NCBI GenBank assembly: GCA_048498775.1 | Contig: JBEHXI010000001.1 | Span: 48,485 to 112,484, forward strand | Reading direction: 5' to 3' | Source of the DNA: Actinomycetota bacterium | GTDB taxonomy: Bacteria > Actinomycetota > Actinomycetes > Streptomycetales > Streptomycetaceae | DNA length: 64,000 nucleotides | Part shown: positions 45,971 through 54,566 of the stretch, piece by piece | Position numbering within the stretch: the stretch's first letter is position 1 | How the letters are laid out: each line of letters starts with the position of its first letter | Notes under the pieces: generated by a model | What the model was told of the DNA's origin: nothing | The model's input: only the letters and a program-made list of their open reading frames with translations | Databases searched by the model: none | Made by a program: the position numbers and the translations under genes

Positions 45971-46921
45971 CTACCCGGTGTGCCGTCCGCGCACACCGTG
46001 CGGCCCCCGGCGCGCCCCCTCCGCCTCCGCGACGAACTCCCGCACCAGCGCGGCGACCTCGGCGCCGTGGCGCAGCAGCGCCGACCAGTGGGTGGCGTCC
46101 ATGGTGCGCCGCCGCAGCGCGGGCGCCCACCGCTCCAGGCCCTCGGCCAGGGCCGGGCGCACATAGTGATCCCGCGTCAGGGACACCAGGAGCACCGGGA
46201 CGGTGGTGGCGCGGTGCCGGGGGCGCAGCGCCCGGGGCAGCATGTTGGCGCGGTACAGGCGGATCCCGCGGATCGCGTCGGTCCGCAGGGTGGGCTGCGG
46301 GTGGCCGGGCCGTCGGGGGACGTCCTCCAGGCGCCGCAGCAGGCTTCCCCAGCGCCGGGCGAGGCCGAACCGCCAGGCGGCGGGCGCCAGGAACGGCAGC
46401 TGGAAGACGGCGATGTACCAGGAGTGTGCCGTCTGGGTCAGGAGTTGGGCGAGGTGCCGCGGGGTGGGCCGGGCGAGGCGCTGCCGGCTCCAGTGCCCGA
46501 CGTGGTCCAGGCAGGGGCCGGAGATCGTGGTGAAGGAGGCGATCCGGTCGGCCGCCCGCGGGTCGGTGACCGCCTCCCAGGACTGGATGGACCCCCAGTC
46601 GTGGCCCACGACGTGCACGGGCCGGTCCGGACTGACCGCGTCGGCCACCGCGAACAGGTCGTCGGCGAGCTGTTCCAGGCGCCAGCCGCCGGGGCCGGCG
46701 GGGGTCCCGGAGGCGCCGGCGCCGCGGACGTCGTAGCGGACCAGGTGGTGGCCGGGGGCGAGCGCGGCGCACACGTCGTCCCACACGCGGTGGGTGTCCG
46801 GGTAGCCGTGGACGAGCAGCACGGCCGGGTCGGCCGGGTCGCCCTGCTCGTAGACCGCCAGCGGGACGCCGCCGGAGGTCACCGTGCGCCGCTGCTCGCG
46901 GGTGCCGGAGCCGTGGGACAT
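45971..46921 (-). CDS. alpha/beta-fold hydrolase
   Basis: ATG (MSHGSGT) after GAGAGGA. Motifs LLVHGYPD, nucleophile elbow VVGHDWGS, C-terminal HW. Confidence 0.85.
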   Translation of the reverse strand: MSHGSGTREQRRTVTSGGVPLAVYEQGDPADPAVLLVHGYPDTHRVWDDVCAALAPGHHLVRYDVRGAGASGTPAGPGGWRLEQLADDLFAVADAVSPDRPVHVVGHDWGSIQSWEAVTDPRAADRIASFTTISGPCLDHVGHWSRQRLARPTPRHLAQLLTQTAHSWYIAVFQLPFLAPAAWRFGLARRWGSLLRRLEDVPRRPGHPQPTLRTDAIRGIRLYRANMLPRALRPRHRATTVPVLLVSLTRDHYVRPALAEGLERWAPALRRRTMDATHWSALLRHGAEVAALVREFVAEAEGARRGPHGVRGRHTG

Positions 46922-46992
46922 GCCGGTCCTCTCGTCGTGTGCCACCTCCTCTTACCGAGGGTTACTCAACAGTAGGGACTCTGGCCGCCACG

Positions 46993-47751
46993 TCAATGAC
47001 TTGCCGGGGGCCCGTCCGCCGGCGAGGGCCGCGGGCCGAACTCGCGCATCGCGTCCGACACGATCGCGTCCAGCCGGGCGTGGTGGGCGCCGCGCCAGTA
47101 CACCTGGCCGCACTCGGCGCACTGCGCGAAGGCGTCGTAGGAGCGCGCGGTGCCGCCGTGCAACTCCCCGTGCACCGCGTCCTTCCCGGTCTCCCGGAGC
47201 GTTCCGTTGCAGGCCGTGCAGCGGGTCCACGGGGCGAGCGGGGGCGCGAACCGGGACAGCACGTCCCGGAGTTGCTCGGCGGGGCGGTGACTGTAGACAT
47301 AGGCGCCGGCCCACAGTTCGCGGCGGCGCAGCAGTCCGCGGTCCCGGGAGAGCATCACCCGCCGCTCGGCCGCCGAGCGCGCGGCCAGCGCCGCGTCGCC
47401 GATGTCCGGGCTCTCGTACGCGGCGTCGACGCCCAGCAGCCGCAACCGCCGCGCCAGGGTGCCCAGATGGATGTCGAGCAGGAACCGGGGCGGCCCCGGC
47501 AGCCGCTGCGGCCGGGCCACCGGGTGCACCGCGATCCGTTCGCCGGGCCCGGGCAGATGGGAGGCGGGCACCCGCCTTCCGTCCGCCAGCAGCGCCCCGA
47601 CCTCGGTGAGCGGGACCCCGAGTGACTCCACCACGTGGCCGAGCGTCGAGACGCCGTCGGCGCGTACCGCCGCCTGTCCGGCCCGCAGCCGCGCGGCGAC
47701 GAAGACGTGCAGTTCGGGGGCGAAACCGACCGTGATCTCCGGGGTGTCCAC
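46993..47751 (-). CDS. Mut7-C RNase domain protein (beta-grasp, PIN-like nuclease, Zn-ribbon)
   Basis: GTG start VDTPEITVGF. FLLDIHLGTLARRLRLLGVDA and MLSRDRGLL. Two Cys pairs: CTACNG and CAECGQVYWRGAH. Confidence 0.8.
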   Translation of the reverse strand: MDTPEITVGFAPELHVFVAARLRAGQAAVRADGVSTLGHVVESLGVPLTEVGALLADGRRVPASHLPGPGERIAVHPVARPQRLPGPPRFLLDIHLGTLARRLRLLGVDAAYESPDIGDAALAARSAAERRVMLSRDRGLLRRRELWAGAYVYSHRPAEQLRDVLSRFAPPLAPWTRCTACNGTLRETGKDAVHGELHGGTARSYDAFAQCAECGQVYWRGAHHARLDAIVSDAMREFGPRPSPADGPPASH

Positions 47752-47813
47752 GCGCTCAGCATGCCAGCGCGGGACAGGCCCCGGCCAGCGCTTTCCCCGC
47801 CGCCGGGTACGGG

Positions 47814-49451
47814 TCAGACGGTGTCCGCGTCCGGCAGCCAGCGCAGCGCGAACCACAGCTCCATGCGCACGTCGGCGTCGGCGAGGTCGGCGTCCAGCAG
47901 GCCGGCGATGCGGGTGATGCGCTGGCGGACGGTGTTGCGGTGCAGTTGGAGCGCCGTGGCGGTGCGGTCCCAGCTGCCGTGCAGGGCGAGCCAGACCCGC
48001 AGGGTCTCCAGCAGGACCGGCCCGCCGGGCGGCCCGGCGTCGGCAAGCGGCGCGAACCGGGCGCGGGCCAGGCTCTCCGCGTCGGCGGGACGGACCAGGC
48101 CGTGCAGACTCAGGCTCCGGCCCGGGTGGCGGGCCACCGGGGCACCGGTGGCCAGGGCACGGGCCAGTTCCCGTGCCGCCTGCGCGTCGGCCAGCGGCAG
48201 GTCGGCAGCCGGGAGGGGCGCGCTCAGGCCCAGCGTCCAGCCGAGCCGGGCGACGGCCGGCGACGGCTCCCCCGGCCCGTCCGGTCCGCACGGGATCAGG
48301 GCCCGCAGCGTGGTGTCCTGGACGTCCAGATGCCCGGTGCCCAGCGCGGTGCCGAGCGCGGCAAGGTGGACCTGCGGTTCGGCGGTGGCCGGCGTGCCGG
48401 TCGCCGGGCCGGTGCGGTGCCCATGGACGACGGTCCAGCGGCGCTCGGCCGCCTCGGCCGGGGCGTCCGGGGTGTCCGGGGTGTCCGGCTGGAGCAGCGG
48501 GGTGACGTCCTCGGCGGTGGCGCCGAGCATCAGCCGGACCAGCGCAGCCGCGCTGCGGAAGTCCCCGCCGAGGGCGTGCCGCGGATCGGTGAGCAGGGCG
48601 AGCAGGACGGCGGCGACCGAGGTGACGGAGCGTTCCACCGCGCCGAGCGGGCTGCCGGTGGCCAGGCCGAGGGCGAGGGGGGTGCGGGTGGTGTCGCCGG
48701 ACGGTACGGCGTGCACCACCAGGTGGATGCCCGCCAGGTGCTCGGCGGCGGCCGCCGGCGCCCGGCCGGCGGGGGCGGTGCCGTCCGCGGGCTGCCGGCG
48801 CGCCACGGTGCGGGCGGCCAGGGCGCGCAGCCGCTCCCCGGCGGGTTCTGCGGGGCGGCCGCCGGCGGCGAACAGCTCCTCGCCATGGGCGTCCAGCAGC
48901 ACCACCCAGGCGCCGAGCCGCACGGCGACCTGCCGCAGCACGGCCTCGACGGCGTCCGGGCGGGCGGCGGCCGTGGCCAGCGCGGCCTGGGCCTCCGAGA
49001 CGCGCCGCAGATCGCGGTTGCGGGACTCGACGAGGGCGAGATGGGCGGCGCGGGCCACGGCGACGAACGGGGTGTGCGGCGGGACCCGCAGCAGCGGCAT
49101 GCCCCGCCGGTCGCAGGCGGCGACGAGCGCGGGCGGCACCTCGGTGTGCACCGGTGCGACGCCGAAGGCCAGCGCGGCGACCCCGGCCTCGGAGATGCGG
49201 CGCACATAGGCGTCGATGCCCTCGTCGGTGCCGGGGAAGTGGACGCCGGCGGTGAGCAGCAGTTCGCCGCCGAGCAGGTAGCGTGCCGGGTCGTCGAGCT
49301 CGCTGGCCTGGACCATACCGATGGGCCGGTCCTCCGCGGGGCCCGCGATGTGCCGCAGGCCGAGGCCGGGGCGGTGCAGCAGGGTGCTGAGCGGGATGGT
49401 GGCGGTCCCGGGCACGGGTGCGTACGGCACCGGCCGGTTCGGCTCGGTCAT
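47814..49451 (-). CDS. PucR-family transcriptional regulator
   Basis: ATG after GGAGGGGCAGTG. SELDDPARYLLGGELLLTAG. C-terminal HTH LQLHRNTVRQRITRIAGLL. Divergent from the NCS1 permease gene. Confidence 0.85.
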   Translation of the reverse strand: MTEPNRPVPYAPVPGTATIPLSTLLHRPGLGLRHIAGPAEDRPIGMVQASELDDPARYLLGGELLLTAGVHFPGTDEGIDAYVRRISEAGVAALAFGVAPVHTEVPPALVAACDRRGMPLLRVPPHTPFVAVARAAHLALVESRNRDLRRVSEAQAALATAAARPDAVEAVLRQVAVRLGAWVVLLDAHGEELFAAGGRPAEPAGERLRALAARTVARRQPADGTAPAGRAPAAAAEHLAGIHLVVHAVPSGDTTRTPLALGLATGSPLGAVERSVTSVAAVLLALLTDPRHALGGDFRSAAALVRLMLGATAEDVTPLLQPDTPDTPDAPAEAAERRWTVVHGHRTGPATGTPATAEPQVHLAALGTALGTGHLDVQDTTLRALIPCGPDGPGEPSPAVARLGWTLGLSAPLPAADLPLADAQAARELARALATGAPVARHPGRSLSLHGLVRPADAESLARARFAPLADAGPPGGPVLLETLRVWLALHGSWDRTATALQLHRNTVRQRITRIAGLLDADLADADVRMELWFALRWLPDADTV

Positions 49452-49761
49452 CACTGCCCCTCCACTCCTGCGCGATCACCCCCTTACCCGCCACGACCCA
49501 TGGTTTCGTCCATCGGCGTTCAGCAGATTCAGCGAAACCTACACTTCTACGTCACTTTTCAGCTAGCTACTGTCACGCCATGCCCAGCACCGGTCCGCGT
49601 GGTCCATCCGTTTTCCGCCACGCGCTCCGCTGGGGGCCTCGCCGCGTTCCCCCGCGCGGGGCCACCGCCGCACCAGAAGTTGATCCGCGGCGACCGAGCT
49701 TGTAACGAGCGGCATCGACAGTCGATCCGTGCAGTGCACAGCGGCCAAGGAGGCACCGGAG

Positions 49762-51228
49762 ATGGTCCAGGCAGACGACACGGCGACCGCGGGAACGGAT
49801 CGGTCGGGCGGACCTCCACGGGTGGAGACCCGGTCGATCGACTGGGTGCCCGACGACGAACGGCACGGCAGGGTGTGGCACCAGGCACCGCTGTGGTTCC
49901 TCGGCAACTTCCAGTACTTCACGGTGGCGCTCGGCTTCATCGGCCCCTCGCTGGGGCTGCCGCTGGGGCCGACCGTGCTCGCCGGGGTGCTCGGCATCGC
50001 GGTGGGCACGCTGTTCATGGCCTTCCACGCCTCGCAGGGCCCGGTGCTCGGCCTGCCGCAGATGATCCAGTCGCGGGCCCAGTTCGGCTACCGCGGTGTG
50101 GTGGTCGTCCTGATCGCCACCCTCTTCACCTACCTCGGCTTCAACGTCGCCGACCAGGTCCTGCTCTCCCAGGGGCTGTCCGGCGTCTTCTCCCTGAACG
50201 CGACGGCCGTCGCGGTCGGCTGCGCCCTCGTCGCCGTGGTCCTGGCGATCTACGGCCACGACTGGCTGCACCGGGTCTTCCGGATCCTGCTGTACGTCTC
50301 GCTGCCCCTGGTCGTGGTCCTCACCGCCGGGGTCCTCACCGGGCACGCCGGCGGGCACCCCTCCCACCAGCACCTGGCCTTCACCTGGACGGCGTTCTTC
50401 GCCCAGTTCTCCGCGGCGGCGGCCTACAACATCACCTACGCGCCCTACGTCTCGGACTACTCGCGCTACCTGCCCCGCACCGCCTCGGCCCGCGCGCTGA
50501 TCGCCTCGGTGTTCTTCGGCGCCTCCGGTTCGGCGGTGTGGCTGATCGCCCTCGGCGGCTGGCTGGCCATCCGGCTCGGCGTCAGCGACGGGCTGGTGGG
50601 CCTGCGTCAGGCCGGCGACGCCGTGGTGCCGGGCCTGGGCGCCGCGGTCGCCGCCCTGTCCGCCCTCAGCCTGATCGCCACCATGGGCATGAACGCCTAC
50701 GGCGGCATGCTCAGCGTCCTGACCGCCGTCGACTCCCTGCGCCCCCTCACCCCCACGCCGCGCGCCCGCATCGTCACCATCTGCGCGCTGGGCGTGGTGT
50801 GGTACACCGCCGCCTCGCTGATCTCCGCGGACGCCGTCACCACCGTCTTCACCGCGCTGACGCTGATGCTGTACCTGCTGGTGCCGTGGACCGCGACCAA
50901 CCTGGTGGACTTCTTCCTGGTGCGGCGCGGGCACTACGCGGTGGCCGACCTGTTCACCCCGTCCGGCATCTACGGGGCCTGGGCGTGGCGCGGCCTGACC
51001 GCGTACGCGATCGGCATCGTCACCGAGATCCCGTTCATGGTCCTGCCCGACCTGGGCGGCTGGTCCTACACCGGGCCCCTGGCCGGGCAGCTCGGCGGGA
51101 CCGACATCGCCTGGCTCGTCGGACTGGCCACCACCTCGCTGGCGTACCTGCTGCTGGCCCGCTCCCGCGACACGGCCCACGAACACGCGGCCGTGGCCCG
51201 CAGCGAACAGCAGCTGGCCGCCTCCTGA
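49762..51228 (+). CDS. NCS1-family purine-cytosine/allantoin-type permease
   Basis: ATG after AAGGAGG. Motifs SIDWVPDDERHG, WFLGNFQY, QMIQSRAQFGY; 12 TM segments. Confidence 0.9.
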   Translation: MVQADDTATAGTDRSGGPPRVETRSIDWVPDDERHGRVWHQAPLWFLGNFQYFTVALGFIGPSLGLPLGPTVLAGVLGIAVGTLFMAFHASQGPVLGLPQMIQSRAQFGYRGVVVVLIATLFTYLGFNVADQVLLSQGLSGVFSLNATAVAVGCALVAVVLAIYGHDWLHRVFRILLYVSLPLVVVLTAGVLTGHAGGHPSHQHLAFTWTAFFAQFSAAAAYNITYAPYVSDYSRYLPRTASARALIASVFFGASGSAVWLIALGGWLAIRLGVSDGLVGLRQAGDAVVPGLGAAVAALSALSLIATMGMNAYGGMLSVLTAVDSLRPLTPTPRARIVTICALGVVWYTAASLISADAVTTVFTALTLMLYLLVPWTATNLVDFFLVRRGHYAVADLFTPSGIYGAWAWRGLTAYAIGIVTEIPFMVLPDLGGWSYTGPLAGQLGGTDIAWLVGLATTSLAYLLLARSRDTAHEHAAVARSEQQLAAS

Positions 51229-51232
51229 CCCT

Positions 51233-51282
51233 CCGGCGTGCCCGGCCCGGACCGTGCGAGCGGACCGCGCCGGGCACGCCGG
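51233..51282. terminator. bidirectional stem-loop between the permease and the GAF-ANTAR gene
   Basis: Perfect 14-bp stem CCGGCGTGCCCGGC / GCCGGGCACGCCGG with a 22-nt loop. Confidence 0.6.
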
Positions 51283-52011
51283 TCAGTGGTGTTCCAGCAC
51301 CTCGGCGGGGCTCAGGGACCGGCGGGTCAGCGCCCGGGCCACGTCGGTGGGGCGGACCCGGTGCAGATCGGTGTAGGCGCGCAGCACCGCGGCCGCCTCC
51401 GGGATCCCGATGCCCGCGTACTGGGCGATCATGCCCTTGGCCATCTCCAGCTCCGCCTTGGCCGACACCATGCTCTGCACCCGGGTGAGGATCTCCTCGG
51501 TCCGCGCCGGCTGCTCCGTCCACTGCAGCAGGGCGACCGCCGTCACGTCGGCAAGCGCCTGGCCGAGCTGCCGGTCGACCTCCGGCAGCTCGCCGGCGGA
51601 CGCGCGGAAGAAGTTCACCGCGCCGAGAGTCCGCTCGTGCAGCCGCAACGGGACGGCGTGCAGCGATCGGTACCCGGCCCGCAGCACGGGATCGACCAGC
51701 CGCGGCCACCGCTCCCGCTCCGCGGCGATGTCGGCGACGGCCACCTGGCTCCCGGTGCGGTGGCAGTCCAGGCACGGCCCGCTGCCGCTCTGCAACTGCA
51801 GCAGTTCCAGGAACGCCGCCTCCTCCGTGGAGGCCGCCATGGTCCGCAGCATGCCGCGGGCGTCGGTCACCATGACGGCGGCCGCGTCGATGTCCAGCAG
51901 GGACACGCAGTGCCCGACGAGGCGCTGGAACAGGCCGAGGGGGTCGAAGTCCTCGGAGAACGTGTCAGCCAGGCCCACGAACGCCGTGGCCAGCCGCTGT
52001 TCGCGGGTCAT
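51283..52011 (-). CDS. GAF plus ANTAR domain RNA-binding regulator
   Basis: 242 aa with AGGAGG RBS. GAF-like N-terminal domain. ANTAR block AELEMAKGMIAQYAGIGIPEAAAVLRAYTDLHRVRPTDVARAL. Confidence 0.85.
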   Translation of the reverse strand: MTREQRLATAFVGLADTFSEDFDPLGLFQRLVGHCVSLLDIDAAAVMVTDARGMLRTMAASTEEAAFLELLQLQSGSGPCLDCHRTGSQVAVADIAAERERWPRLVDPVLRAGYRSLHAVPLRLHERTLGAVNFFRASAGELPEVDRQLGQALADVTAVALLQWTEQPARTEEILTRVQSMVSAKAELEMAKGMIAQYAGIGIPEAAAVLRAYTDLHRVRPTDVARALTRRSLSPAEVLEHH

Positions 52012-52089
52012 ACTCGCCTCCTGCGTGCCGCGCTGGTGTCTGTTGTACCGGAATCGTGGTGGCCGGGAACCGGCTCTGCCCGGCGACGG

Positions 52090-52854
52090 TCAGTCACCGC
52101 AGCCGAAGTCGATCGTGCGGTCGACGACCTGCCGGGCGACCTCCGTCGCCGTACGGCCCAGGGCGAAGGCGCGGGCCCGCAGACGGGCCAGGGCCTCCTC
52201 GGCGTCGACATCCAGCTGCATCATGATCATCCCGGTGGCCTGGTAGACCTCCTCGTGGTCCGCCTCGGCCTCCTCCAGCCAGGGCAGCACGCCGTCCGCC
52301 TGGTCCGACTCCCGGTGCAGGGCCGTCACCGCGAGCGTCACCGCGTCGGCCACCAGCAGGGCGGTGCGGATCTGCCGGCCGTTCAGAGCGCCGGCCGTCG
52401 CCCGGTACAGGTCCAGTGTGCCAAGCGAGGTGACGGCACCCCCGAGCGGGATCGAGAAGACCGCCCGGGCACCGGCCGCCAGCGCCTGCACGGCGAACAG
52501 CGGCCACCGCCGCGCGTCCGGGCCGTCGGTGAGGTCGGAGGCCAGCACCGGGGCCCGGGCCGCGCCGGCCTGCACACCCGGCCCCTCCCCCAGGGTGTAC
52601 TGGATCTCCGCCAGCCGGGCGGCCGTACGGTCGCTGGCGCACAGCGTGGCCCCCACCCCGGACCCGTCGCCCAGCACGGACACCGAGGCTCCGTCGATCG
52701 GCAGCAGCGTCGGGCAGACCTCGCACAGGCGGCCGGGCACCTGGGCGGGAGGCACTCCCCTCGCCCGCGCGGCCAGTTCGCCGGCCACCCGCCGGGCGTG
52801 GCGCGTCTCCTCGCCGGGGTCGCCCTCGTGGCCACCGGCACCTTCCCGGGCCAC
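52090..52854 (-). CDS. GAF plus ANTAR domain RNA-binding regulator (paralogue)
   Basis: ANTAR block EVYQATGMIMMQLDVDAEEALARLRARAFALGRTATEVARQVV. The start is uncertain (GTG at 52854, 52860 or 52863). Confidence 0.8.
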   Translation of the reverse strand: MAREGAGGHEGDPGEETRHARRVAGELAARARGVPPAQVPGRLCEVCPTLLPIDGASVSVLGDGSGVGATLCASDRTAARLAEIQYTLGEGPGVQAGAARAPVLASDLTDGPDARRWPLFAVQALAAGARAVFSIPLGGAVTSLGTLDLYRATAGALNGRQIRTALLVADAVTLAVTALHRESDQADGVLPWLEEAEADHEEVYQATGMIMMQLDVDAEEALARLRARAFALGRTATEVARQVVDRTIDFGCGD

Positions 52855-52987
52855 ACACACCACCTTCTGTTCAGCTCGGCTCCCACCGCTCCCCCCGCGC
52901 ACCGGAGCGGGCCGCGTTGAAGCGCTTCCGAGCGGACCGGTAACCGGCGGGCCGCCGGGTCAAACACCGTATCCCGGCCGCCGGTAC

Positions 52988-53016
52988 GGTCCCGCCGGCG
53001 CACGGACGGCGGGACC
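52988..53016 (-). terminator. stem-loop after the Cys-rich secreted-protein gene
   Basis: 10-bp stem GGTCCCGCCG / CGGCGGGACC with a 9-nt loop, 12 nt beyond the stop at 53028. Confidence 0.5.
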
Positions 53017-53027
53017 GCGGGCGTCCG

Positions 53028-54440
53028 TCACGGCTGGGCGAGGATGTCCCCGATCCGGTGCGCGTAGACCACCCGCCCGCAGGGAGTGGGATCCGTGGCC
53101 GCGCACGAGGAGTTGTCGGTGTCGGAGCGGTGCTCGGACAGGGACCACAGCAGCGGGGGGTTGCCGGTGGCCTGGCCGTGCTCGACGTACAGGTCCTCCG
53201 CCCCGACCGCGGTGCGGATCTCGCCGCCGGTCAGGGTGAGCGTGCCGTCCGAAGCGGCGGTGGCGCGCCACAGGCCGGCGTCGCTGTACCCGTGGCTCTC
53301 ATCGAAGTACCAGTGGCCCTGGTAGCGCGCCGCGCCCTGGGTCTGGTGCTGCGGCAGGGCGTAGGCGCTCAGGGCGGTCACGGTGCCGCCCGTGGACTGC
53401 AGCAGGCCGTCGGTGTCGTCGATGGGCAACGTCCCGACCCGGCCGTTGACGGTGTGGGTGGCGTCGGTGGTGCAGTACTCGCCCATGACCAACTGGGGCG
53501 GGGTGCTGCTGCGGTCGACCGACAGATACGACGCCTTGGGCGCGCCGGTGGCGACGCAGGTGCTCTCCGAGGAGCTGTTGGACTGCGTGGCGGCGAAGTC
53601 GTAGGACGTCACCTGCGGCAGGACGTAGCGGTAGCCGTAGCTGTACCAGACGTTGTTCTGCCGGCCGATCTGGCTGCCGTCCTGGATGTCGCTGGTCAGC
53701 CCGTCGGGGGTGGGGTCGTTGGTGGCGGGGTTCTGGTCCGGGTCGAGGTCCAGGATGTGCCGCAGGTCGAAGACGCGCACCCCGTGGAAGGTGTCGGCGA
53801 CGTAGAGGTAGTACTTGTACCAGGCGATGCCGCCGGCGTGGATGTTGATCGCCTCGTACGAGATGTGGTTGTACGAGTTGTAGTACGGATACACCAGCAG
53901 GACGTGGCGGTACTTGCCGGTGTCCGGGTCGAGGAAGGACAGCCGGACGCCCTTCTCGTTGCAGGCGTTGGACGTCGGCGTCGGGCAGTAGGTGTTGTCG
54001 TCGTACCAGGCGGTCACGACGGGGCGCTTGGTGCCCCAGTACTCGTCGGCCTGGGCGTCGGAGACCCCGGTGATGGCCTGGGGGATCCACTCCTGGCTGA
54101 CCGAGTCGCCGGAGTCCCAGCAGTACTTCACGGCGGGCGCGAGCGGAGCGACGCCGCCGTCGCCGCTGCCGAACGGGTCGGTGGTGCAGGCCGAACCGGT
54201 GGTGAAGGTGCGGTTGGCCTGATCCAGCAGGTTCTGCACGCCCTGGCTGGGCAGCGCGGCGCTCAGGTCGGAGACCCGGCCGCCGAGGTCCGTACCGGTC
54301 GTCAGATCGAAGCCGGAGGCGGCGACCGCGTCGGCCGCGGCCCGCGCGGGCGGGCCGAGCACCAGGGCGGCCAGCACGGCCGTGACGAGCGCGCCGGCCC
54401 AGCCGGCCCGCCGGAAGATCGATGACAGGGAGGTCTTCAT
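53028..54440 (-). CDS. Cys-rich secreted protein of unknown function
   Basis: 470 aa from MKTSLSSIF. Signal peptide ending ARAAADA. About 10 Cys. One NHL-repeat-like stretch (YLYVADTFHGVRVFDL). No confident family call. Confidence 0.7.
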   Translation of the reverse strand: MKTSLSSIFRRAGWAGALVTAVLAALVLGPPARAAADAVAASGFDLTTGTDLGGRVSDLSAALPSQGVQNLLDQANRTFTTGSACTTDPFGSGDGGVAPLAPAVKYCWDSGDSVSQEWIPQAITGVSDAQADEYWGTKRPVVTAWYDDNTYCPTPTSNACNEKGVRLSFLDPDTGKYRHVLLVYPYYNSYNHISYEAINIHAGGIAWYKYYLYVADTFHGVRVFDLRHILDLDPDQNPATNDPTPDGLTSDIQDGSQIGRQNNVWYSYGYRYVLPQVTSYDFAATQSNSSSESTCVATGAPKASYLSVDRSSTPPQLVMGEYCTTDATHTVNGRVGTLPIDDTDGLLQSTGGTVTALSAYALPQHQTQGAARYQGHWYFDESHGYSDAGLWRATAASDGTLTLTGGEIRTAVGAEDLYVEHGQATGNPPLLWSLSEHRSDTDNSSCAATDPTPCGRVVYAHRIGDILAQP

Positions 54441-54566
54441 CCTGGCCCTTTGGTCGGTGAGATGTCCGAGATCGTTCCTGGCGGGGGTGCGCCCCCACAT
54501 GATCCCGTGGCCACCGGGCCGGCACCAGGGCGAGTCAAGCCACCGCCGGGCCGGCCGCCGGCCTCG

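Noticed and set aside
49455-49761. Riboswitch (purine, guanidine or ZTP type) upstream of the NCS1 permease.
   Set aside because: The 307-nt region has local hairpins such as CGCGTGG...CCACGCG. None of the conserved cores of the riboswitch classes I know is present. It is more likely a PucR-controlled promoter region.
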